Below, one piece after another: positions 56,098 through 64,000 of a DNA stretch of 64,000 nt. This DNA comes from an uncultured Actinomycetes bacterium (GTDB lineage: Bacteria; Actinomycetota; Acidimicrobiia; IMCC26256; PALSA-610). The notes under the pieces are model-generated. The model was not told the origin of the DNA and searched no databases. It saw only the letters and a list, made by a program, of their open reading frames with translations. The number at the start of each line of letters is the position of its first letter. The stretch's first letter is position 1. Both the position numbers and the translations under genes were made by a program. Where the stretch lies: the NCBI GenBank assembly GCA_963745645.1, contig CAVUYD010000009.1:78774-142773 (forward strand), written 5' to 3'.

Positions 56098-56906
56098 TCA
56101 AACAGTCGTGCGGAGGCCGAGCACTGCAGACGGACCGCGGACCTGGAGACCGAGGGCGTGCGCAGCGTGTGCAGTCGAGGCGGAGGTCGCGTGGCACGCC
56201 GGGTGGCGCGGGCACTTCGCGCACTGCCTCGCTGTCCCGGGACGTCGAAGTGATCGAGCAGCATGCGGCCGAACTCCGATCTGCGCATGACGTCGGCGCC
56301 GGTCAGGTTCAGTGGTCCGCGGACGGTTGCGAGCTGCGGGTCGGTCGCGAGGCGGACGAGCGCAGCCGCGAGATCGGTCGCGACGGTCGGCTGCCGGTAC
56401 TGATCGGACCAGAGCGTGACGGCGCGCGGCGCGGCGAGGGCGATCGCCATCTCCTCGACCCAGCGGTCGGCTTCGGCCGGGTCCCAGAGCAACGACGTCC
56501 GCACCGCGACTGCGGTGGGGTCGGTTGCCAGCACCGCGGCTTCGCCTTCGGCCTTCGAGCGCGCGTAGTCACCGAACGGGTGAGGGCGCGCGTCATCCGT
56601 GTACGGCGCGGCGGTTCCGTCGTGGACGACGTCGGTCGACACGTGCACCATTCGCGCGCGCCTCGCCGCGGCCGCGGCGGCGACTGCGTGCGTGAGATCG
56701 ACGTTCGCGACGCGCATCGCGGTGGCATCGCCGAGGCCGGGGTTCACGGCGGCGAGGTGGATGACAGCGTCCGGTTCGAGCGTACGGATGGTCGCGATCG
56801 CGTCGTCGTCGATCGAGACACCCACGACGTCGTCGTTGCGGGCGTTGCAACACGCAAGGACACGTCGACCGAGGAAACCCGATGCACCCGTGACGACGAT
56901 CGTCAT
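56098..56906 (-). CDS. RmlD-like (dTDP-4-dehydrorhamnose reductase family) extended SDR; C-terminal frameshift
   Basis: VTGASGFLG, VHVSTDVV.DG, PY, YARSKAEGE, DQYRQPT. Confidence 0.85.
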
Positions 56907-57061
56907 CGCGCATTCATCACGACGCACCGCCCATGCCGGCAACCTAGCCGTGCATGCGCGCTCGTGCGATGGGTGTCTGTACCAGAGCGGTTCACCCAAT
57001 GCGAAGAACGCGCGACACGTTACCCTCGCTTGCAGTTCAACCGGCCGAGCACGGAGGCATC

Positions 57062-58195
57062 ATGGCGGCGACGGCTTCCCCGACTCGGACGAGTCGCGTG
57101 CATTCCGTCGGACTGCTCGGCCTCCGCGAGCAGTTGCAATTGGTGCGATTCTTCGGCGCGTTGGCGTTGAAGGAGCACATGCTGCCGCGACTGAAGGTTC
57201 GTCCACTCGTGGCGGAATTGTTCCTCACCGAGAACTGCAACCTGCGTTGCACGAGTTGCGCGTGTTGGCGGACGCACACGTCGGACGAGCTCTCGACGGC
57301 CGAGTGGAAGGACGTCATCGACCAGCTCGTCGCCCTGCGCATCGTCAAGCTGAACTTCACCGGCGGCGAGCCGCTGATCCGCCGGGACGCGATCGAGCTG
57401 ATGGCGTACGCCCACGACCGGGGCGCACGGGCGATCCACCTCAACACGAACGGCATCCTCCTCGACGATCGCCGGCGCGCCGCGGTTCTGGCGGCCGGCG
57501 TCCGCAGCTTCAACCTCTCGGTCGACGGGCCCTCGCCCGCGATCCACGACGCGATCCGGGGCGCGACGGTGCGTTCGCCACGACCGTCGAGCACCTGCGC
57601 GCGCTTCTCGCGGCGCGCGACGAGTACAAGCTCAAGATCCGTCTCTCGTTCACCGTGCTGCGCGACAACGTCGCGGCGTTGCCGGAGATCGCCCGACTGG
57701 CCCAGGAGCTCCGCGTCCGACTCTTCCTCAACCTCGGGACGGACACGACGTTCCTGTTCCGGGACACCGAGGTGACCGAGGTCGCGCGGGTACTCCCGGA
57801 GGCGCTGCAGGAGAGCCTGGCGCAGCTCGAGGACATCAAACGCGCCGACGAACGATGGCTGCCGCGCTACAGCGATCTGCGCTACATGCGGGGACACTTC
57901 AGCGAGCTGGTGCAGCGAGATCTGCCGTGCGCCGAGAGCCAGCTGAAGTTGATGATCCACTCACACGGCGAGGTCGGCGGCTGCTGGGGTCACGATCCTT
58001 CCGCGAACGCACGCGAGCGGCCGCGTCCGCGACATCATCGACAGCGACGCGTACCACGCAGAACACGACAAATACTTCCGCAAGGAGTGCGTCGGCTGTG
58101 GGAGCAACTACAGCCTCAACCTCCGTCGCAAGCCGTTGACGTATCTCGAAGATCTGCGCTGGCGGCGCGGTCGGCGCACCCTCGTCGAACCCTGA
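57062..58195 (+). CDS. Radical SAM protein with SPASM/twitch-like C-terminus (frameshifts near 57570 and 58015)
   Basis: CNLRCTSC, FTGGEP, TNG, SVDG, LPC..GEVGGC..KECVGC. Confidence 0.9.
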
Positions 58196-58249
58196 CGCAG
58201 GGGATACGCTGCGCGAATTCACGGATTGAGCAGGGGCGGGGTGGGATCG

Positions 58250-59944
58250 ATGGGTGCGGCACGCACCGGCAGTGAGCGCAGCGCGGTTCGTCTCGGCGAC
58301 ACGCCTTCGCCCACGGCACCGGTTGCGCTCGTGGGCTGGTCGCACGCGGCCGCGGCGGCACGGGCCCGTGTGCTCGGCCGCGAGGGCCGTGACGTCCTGG
58401 TCGTCGACGACGTCCTCGAAGCCGGCTTCGACGCACTCACCGAGTCGATCGCGGGGCGCGATCTCGTGGTCGGGCTCATGAGCGCGGCCGATTCGCCGTG
58501 GCCGTGGGTCGCGGCGCTCGACGCGATCGCGGTGGTCCGCCTGGCGCTCGCCCAGACCGGCGGGCGCGTAACGCTCGTGACGGAGACCGAGGTCCTTCCG
58601 GCCGAGGCCGATGACGACGATGCCGCCGCGCTCGACGTGTGGGTCGACGACGCCCGGCGGCGCGCGGTGCTGCCGTGCCCGCCGTGGCGCGTCGCGGATC
58701 TCTGCCGAGCGCTCGTTCCCGAAGGGACCAGCGTCGATGCGGCGCGCGCCCTGGCAGTTGCTGCCTCCGTGCGCGCGCTGGGCCGGCTCGTCCCGGCCGA
58801 GCAGTTCGAATCACTCGTCGAACCGATCGCGCCGGAGCTCGCGCGGGCGCCGATGGATCCACCCCTTCGGGTCGCGCCACCCCCGCGCCCGTTCCGCCCT
58901 GACGTGGTCGCGGATCGCCAGCAGCAAGCGTTGTGGGACGGCTGTCTCAAGTACGGGAACCAGTGGTCGCAACGGCTGGAACAGATGCTCGACGACGTCC
59001 TGCAGCTCGGGCCCGACCGGCGGGTCGTGGTGACGGCGTCCGGCACCGACGCGCTGCGGCTGGCGGTCGCGGCTGTGGCACCCGTACCCGCGCCCGGCGC
59101 GACCGCGATCCTTCCGTCGTTCACGTTCCCCGCCACGGCCGAAGTGCTCGTACAGCTCGGCTACGCACTCCGGTTCGTCGACGTCGACCCGTCCGGATGG
59201 ACGCTCGATCCCGTCGCGCTCGAACGCGCGCTCGATCGCGCGCGCGCCGATGTCGTCGTGGTGGTCGACACGATGGGGAACCCGGCTCGTTACGACGAAC
59301 TCGTCGCGGTGTGCGCGGCGCACGGTGTCCCGCTGGTCGCCGACTCCGCCGCCGCGCTCGGAAGCCTTTACCGCGGCCACCCGGTCGGCACGCAGGCCGG
59401 CGCGCACGCGTTCTCGATGAGCTTCGCCAAGGCGGTGAGCGCGGGCGGCGCCGGCGGTGCGGTCGTCGTGCCGGCCGGCGCGGACCTTCCCGTGCGGTCG
59501 GGCTGGCCGCGCAACGCGATGTCGGAGCTGCATGCCATCGCGGGCGTGGACCAGCTCGAGATCCTGCCCGCGCTCATGCGGCAACGCGGCGCGGTGCGCG
59601 ACGTGTACGAGGCGCTCGTGCAACGCCACGACGGTTTGGCGTCGCAGGCCGTGGTCGAGGGCGACCGCCACGCCTGGGGGTTCTGGGTCATGCGCGTCGG
59701 CGCGGGGTTGCGCGCCGGGTTGCAGACATACCTCGCAGCTGCCGGCATCGAGACGAAGGTGTACTACCCGGCGTTGCATCTCTCGGGCTGGGACGGCACC
59801 GACGAAGGGCTCACCGTCAGCGCCGCGCTCGACGCGGAAGCTCTCGCGCTGCCGATGTCGTCCGAGCTCACCGTGGCCCGCGCGGCACGCGTCGCGGCGG
59901 CAGTCGATCGCTTCATGACCGAGGCGCAGGCGCCCGCGCCGTGA
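58250..59944 (+). CDS. DegT/DnrJ/EryC1/StrS PLP sugar aminotransferase with extra N-terminal domain
   Basis: ASGTDAL, PSFTFPAT, FVDVD, DSAAALGS, SMSFAK, LALPM. Confidence 0.88.
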   Translation: MGAARTGSERSAVRLGDTPSPTAPVALVGWSHAAAAARARVLGREGRDVLVVDDVLEAGFDALTESIAGRDLVVGLMSAADSPWPWVAALDAIAVVRLALAQTGGRVTLVTETEVLPAEADDDDAAALDVWVDDARRRAVLPCPPWRVADLCRALVPEGTSVDAARALAVAASVRALGRLVPAEQFESLVEPIAPELARAPMDPPLRVAPPPRPFRPDVVADRQQQALWDGCLKYGNQWSQRLEQMLDDVLQLGPDRRVVVTASGTDALRLAVAAVAPVPAPGATAILPSFTFPATAEVLVQLGYALRFVDVDPSGWTLDPVALERALDRARADVVVVVDTMGNPARYDELVAVCAAHGVPLVADSAAALGSLYRGHPVGTQAGAHAFSMSFAKAVSAGGAGGAVVVPAGADLPVRSGWPRNAMSELHAIAGVDQLEILPALMRQRGAVRDVYEALVQRHDGLASQAVVEGDRHAWGFWVMRVGAGLRAGLQTYLAAAGIETKVYYPALHLSGWDGTDEGLTVSAALDAEALALPMSSELTVARAARVAAAVDRFMTEAQAPAP

Positions 59945-60704
59945 GGAGCACGTGCTTCCCTGCGTCGGCCGCGACGGGCTGCGCCGACAGGAAGCGTTCT
60001 CGCGCCAGGGTCCCCTCCGGGTCCACGGAGTACTGCTCGTTCCACCGATCCCGGCCCAGCGCGGTCATACCCACGAGCAGCCCGGAGGTGCGGACGTCCG
60101 CGAACCCGGCGGCGCGGAACAGCGCGGCGAGTGAGGACGCGTCGAGCAGTGCGTACTCGACTGCGGCACCGTCGAGCAGCCAGCGCGATCTTCGGCTGCG
60201 TGCCCGTTCGCGTGCTTCGTCGACGCGTCCGCGTGCGACGAGCTCCAGCACGAGCCCCAGGAACGAATCGACGAGCACGCACGCGAACGAGCCGGGCTTC
60301 GCCCACGCGGCCATGCGGCCCGCGAGCGCAGCCGGATCGCGCGAGTACTGCAGCGATCCCATCGCGATCACGAGATCGGCGCACCCGTGCGGGAGATCGA
60401 CGTCGTCCATCGACGCCTCGATGATGTCCGCGCGCGGGTGCTCGGCACGCGCCGCCGCGACCATCTGCGGCGCGTCGTCGACACCGACATAGGTCCAGCC
60501 CGCGTTCTCGAAGCGCGGCGCCCAGCGCGCGGTGCCGCAACCGAGGTCGAGCACCACCCCGGGCGCGCCGAGCGGGAGCTGCGCGATGTGCTCCCACGCG
60601 AGGTCGTCGTACACGCGCCGGTGGGGCACCGCGTAGAACTCGGCGAACGAGGGCGCGAGCCGGTCGTAGAACTCGGGGCTCGGGCGCGGCGGGTCGTCAG
60701 CCAC
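59913..60704 (-). CDS. Class I SAM-dependent methyltransferase
   Basis: FYDRLA, VLDLGCGTA, GVDDAPQM, ADLVIA, KPG. Confidence 0.88.
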   Translation of the reverse strand: MADDPPRPSPEFYDRLAPSFAEFYAVPHRRVYDDLAWEHIAQLPLGAPGVVLDLGCGTARWAPRFENAGWTYVGVDDAPQMVAAARAEHPRADIIEASMDDVDLPHGCADLVIAMGSLQYSRDPAALAGRMAAWAKPGSFACVLVDSFLGLVLELVARGRVDEARERARSRRSRWLLDGAAVEYALLDASSLAALFRAAGFADVRTSGLLVGMTALGRDRWNEQYSVDPEGTLARERFLSAQPVAADAGKHVLLTARAPAPRS

Positions 60705-61210
60705 GCCCGCCCCGGCCCCGCAGGAGGTGTACGCAGGCGGCGTCGAGCCGGTCGGCGAGCGCCACCGGGTCGGCGCGCTGGCACGGCCGGCCGTTCCGCC
60801 AGGATCGCGGCCGCCAACGTCGCGTGCGCGTCGACGACGGCCGGGATCTCGGCCACGTCCCACACCGCGAGCACCCGGCCGCGAGTCTCCTCCGCGCGCA
60901 GGAACGCGACCTGGTGGTCGTTGCGCATCTCGCCGTGCGCAGCCGTGCGGGCGATCGCCACGGGAACGCGGCCGAGCGACTGGACCAGGCGCACGGTGTT
61001 CCCTGCGTGCGTCACCACGACGTCCGCGCCTTCGAGGTGCGCCTGGAGCTCGTCGAACGGCAGCTGCCGGACCCATGCACACGGAGGCGTGACCGTGGAC
61101 ATGCCGATCTGGGCATACACCTCGTGGTGCGCGCACACGGGCGTGATCGCGCGCACGAGCCGGTCGAACGGGAACGAGCTCATGCCGACAGTCACGAGGA
61201 CTCGGGCCAT
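60697..61210 (-). CDS. PssE/Cps14G (Alg13-like) glycosyltransferase subunit
   Basis: LVTVG...PFDRL, AQIG, VVVTHAG, R...HGEMRNDHQ. Confidence 0.88.
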
Positions 61211-61659
61211 CAGTAGAGCGCGCCCACGTACAACGCCGAGGGCCGCGCCGCGAGCAGCTCGGGCTGCTGCACGAGCACCAGCGACGCGAGGCGCGCACAG
61301 ATCCGGCTCGAGATGCCCGAAGGCTCGACCGTGTTCCACGTCTCGATCCAGATCGCGGGCACGCGCAGGAGCCGCGCGCCGACGAAGTACGCGATCGCGA
61401 CGCCCGCGCCCGCCGACACCACGACGTCGGGCCGGGCCGCCCGCAGGGCGCGGAAGGCGCGTTCCAGCGCGGCCGGCATCGACCACCAACGGGCCGCGCG
61501 CACTTCGGGCACCCACTGCACATCGCGGCCGGCCAGCACCGAGCGCGTGTCCGGCGCCGCGACCGCGTGCCACGTCGTGTCGTGGCGCGACCACCACGGT
61601 TCCAGGGCGAGCAGGTCGAGCAGGACGCCCCCGCTGTCCGACACGACCAGGAGCCGCAC
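61210..61659 (-). CDS. PssD/Cps14F (Alg14-like) glycosyltransferase subunit
   Basis: LLVVSDSGG, RPDVVVSAGAGVA, IWIE, LVQ. Confidence 0.88.
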   Translation of the reverse strand: MRLLVVSDSGGVLLDLLALEPWWSRHDTTWHAVAAPDTRSVLAGRDVQWVPEVRAARWWSMPAALERAFRALRAARPDVVVSAGAGVAIAYFVGARLLRVPAIWIETWNTVEPSGISSRICARLASLVLVQQPELLAARPSALYVGALY

Positions 61660-61662
61660 GGT

Positions 61663-62571
61663 TCAGGTGCGCTCGGACGGCCACAGGTCGATGGGCCCAC
61701 CGATGTAGCCGCCCGTCGCGCGCGCATCGCCGTGCCCCACGGCTCGAGGATGCCGAACAGCTCGTCGGCGTCGTCGCCGAGGCGTTCGATCGCGGCACGC
61801 AGCGCGCGGTCGGTGGCCCGCTCGACCGCTTCGCGCTCCGTTCGGCCGATGTCGGTCATCGCGTCGTCGGCCATCCAGCCGGCGCGTGACGAGCCGGTCC
61901 ATGGCCGCGCCGAGCTCGGCGTCGTTCCATGCGCGCGTCCGGACGTAGGTGCGCAACGGCAAGCCGATGTAGGCCTCGGTGAGGAGGCCGATCTCCGTCG
62001 CGTCGAGCTCCGCGCTCGTCCAGGCGGCGACGTGCGCGTCGCCGCGGTACTCGCGGAACATGTCGCCGAGGTGGAAGAAGCGCGTCCAGGGATCGGTGGG
62101 CGCGTCCCACTGGCTGCGGAGACCGGCGAACAGCGGCCGCCCTTCGGGACGCAGCGGTTCGACCGCCTGCTCGAGCAGGTCCGCGGCGCGCGTCGTCGCG
62201 TCGCCGGCGGGACCGAGAATGCGTTCGAGCTGCGCCACCGCGCCCGCGCGCCGGATCGCGAAGATGGTCGTGGCGTCGGTGAGCGACCACCCGCGGCGCA
62301 CGCCGTCCACCACGACTTCGGGCTTGAACACGCCGAACGCAGCCGCGACGACCTCGGGTTCCACCTGGCCGAGCAACGAGCCCCGGCTCGTGAAGTACGC
62401 CGGGCCGTCGGGCATCGCGACGCCGCCGAATTCGCCCGGGCTCGGCCCGAAGCCGAGGTCGACGTAACCGGCGTGCGCCTCGGGCGAGAAGTACACCTGC
62501 CCGACGAGCGGTTCGAGGCGAGCGGCGAGGGTGCGAGCGCGATTCCGGAGCAGGGCGTCGTCGATCGGCAT
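61663..62571 (-). CDS. SCO6745/EvbL-like actinobacterial conserved protein (frameshifted)
   Basis: LEP...VYFSPEA, YFTSRGSLLG, VAAAFGVF, GRPLFAG, REYRGDAH. Confidence 0.8.
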   Translation of the reverse strand: MPIDDALLRNRARTLAARLEPLVGQVYFSPEAHAGYVDLGFGPSPGEFGGVAMPDGPAYFTSRGSLLGQVEPEVVAAAFGVFKPEVVVDGVRRGWSLTDATTIFAIRRAGAVAQLERILGPAGDATTRAADLLEQAVEPLRPEGRPLFAGLRSQWDAPTDPWTRFFHLGDMFREYRGDAHVAAWTSAELDATEIGLLTEAYIGLPLRTYVRTRAWNDAELGAAMDRLVTRRLDGRRRDDRHRPNGARSGRAGHRPRAACRDRTPRRRRRRAVRHPRAVGHGDARATGGYIGGPIDLWPSERT

Positions 62572-62812
62572 CCGCGCAACGTATCCCCGACAGCGGATCC
62601 GGGGTGTCCGACCACGAGCAGCAAGCGCCGGGACCCGTGCCGGGCCCCAAATCCCGCCGCCGGCCGTCGACCTCGACGGAATCGTGATCGACTGATTGTC
62701 TGCCGACACCACGCGGACCAGGGCGAACGGCCGAAATGGCCCGGCGATCGCGAGGTCGCCGAACCCGCCGACTTTCGCACAAGGGTGTGACTTCGGCCAC
62801 AATGTATTGGCG

Positions 62813-63496
62813 ATGAACGTCGAGTCCCGTGATTCCGTCTCGCTGAAGCCGGCCGAGCTCGATGAGTTCGGTCAACTCCTCCTCGCGACCGGACTTCCGA
62901 TCTCCGACGAGGAGCTCGATCGCCAGGTCGAATCCTTCCCGCTCGTCGTCCTCGCGACACCGAGGGCGACCTCCAGGGCGTGCATGCTCGGCTCGCTCGA
63001 GCGCATCGGCGGCACGCCGTCGATCCTCTGGGGGATGGGCGTCGCCGCGGAAGGGCAAGGCCGCGGCCGACGACGCTGCAGGTCGATGACGGGCGAGCTG
63101 ACCCGCCGGGCCGCGATCTCGTTCCCCGACGAGGACGTGCTCGTCGCCGCCCGCCTCGCCCAGCCGAGCTGTTACGTGCTGCTGCAGAGCTACGCGAACG
63201 TGGTGCCCCGGCCGGGTTACACGCCGAACGGCGAGGACCGCGCCTGGGGTCGCCGGCTGGCCAAGCGCTACGGCATCGACGGCCACTTCGACGACCGCGA
63301 GTTCAAGGTCGCGGTGAAGGGCCGCAAGCCCCCGTGCGTGCCGGTGCTCGACACCAGCCCGGTGAAGGCCACGGGCGGCGCCAAGATCGCGTCGCTCGTC
63401 GGCAAGCTCGACGCGCACCAGGGCCAGGCGATGATCGCGTTCGGTTGGGCCGTCGCCGAAGAGCTCGCCGCCGGCTCCTACCTCGCCGCCCGCTGA
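62813..63496 (+). CDS. Conserved hypothetical protein (possibly GNAT-like fold)
   Basis: Strong coding bias; SLERIGGTPSILWG, FPDEDVLV, GEDRAWGRRLAKR. Confidence 0.7.
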   Translation: MNVESRDSVSLKPAELDEFGQLLLATGLPISDEELDRQVESFPLVVLATPRATSRACMLGSLERIGGTPSILWGMGVAAEGQGRGRRRCRSMTGELTRRAAISFPDEDVLVAARLAQPSCYVLLQSYANVVPRPGYTPNGEDRAWGRRLAKRYGIDGHFDDREFKVAVKGRKPPCVPVLDTSPVKATGGAKIASLVGKLDAHQGQAMIAFGWAVAEELAAGSYLAAR

Positions 63497-63503
63497 CGCT
63501 CCT

Positions 63504-64000
63504 TCAGGGCGCCGTCGATCTGCGCGCGCGGAGTTCGTCGGGGCCGTCACCGGCTGCTGGCACGCGTAGTGCTCGCACACGTACGCGGTCGGCGCACCGT
63601 CGACGAGCGTGCGTGCCGCGAGCAGCGGGCTCTCGGGCAGGCGGTCAGGTTCGCCGAAGAGCATCACCGAGCGGGATGAAGCCGGTGCGTCACCTCGCGG
63701 CGTGAGCGCGGCGGTGCGCGGATCGAGCGCGGTCGCCGACGATCGCGATCTCGAGCGGGCTGCGTCACGTAGCGCTCGATCGCGGCCGAGCAGGTGCGCG
63801 AACGACGTCGGGTGCGCGCTGACGACGCGGCCGAGCATGCTGAGGACGCGCACCGCGGGCTCCTCGTACTTCGTGTCGCCCGTCAGCGCGGCGAGGCGCA
63901 AGCAGGCCGTTCGCGGCGAGCGAGTTCGCCGACGGCGTCGCGTCGTCGAAGACGTCCTTCAGCCGCACGACGAGCTGCTCCGCGTCGTGCCCGTCGTGAA
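63504..64000 (-). CDS. YyaL/SPATA20 (thioredoxin-domain, DUF255) protein, C-terminal part
   Basis: DDATPSANS, LRLAALTG, TAYVCEHYACQQPVT. Confidence 0.88.

Noticed and set aside
53546-56290. 914-aa plus-strand ORF and similar long Arg/Ala/Pro-rich ORFs
   Set aside because: Antisense or off-frame shadows of real genes in high-GC DNA
59913-62960. 1015-aa minus-strand ORF
   Set aside because: Off-frame read-through of four separate genes; only the last part (the methyltransferase) is real

Overview
High-GC bacterial DNA with Actinomycetota-like gene content (possibly Acidimicrobiia; this is inference). Many otherwise intact genes carry single-base frameshifts, which looks like long-read assembly error rather than real pseudogenisation. 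Housekeeping and accessory genes include pyruvate:ferredoxin oxidoreductase, aceE, ppk2, a P1B-5 ATPase-hemerythrin, WS/DGAT, an ABC-F protein and a partner-switching pair. Two tRNA-Val genes are each followed by a duplicated 3' half that bounds an integrase-free island (about 1.8 kb and 6 kb). There is an intact IS481 with a 6-bp target duplication, IS3 debris, and a radical SAM/aminotransferase/split-glycosyltransferase sugar cluster. The best candidate for a new system is an ApbE flavinylation module (apbE, a two-component system, two small secreted Ser/Thr-rich proteins and an MsrQ-like membrane protein) linked by a 41-bp operator-like element present in two copies. Other leads are a signal-less HiPIP-like protein, a start-stop uORF with an anti-SD leader on the ABC-F gene, several structured RNA candidates and a Cys-loop beta-propeller lipoprotein.
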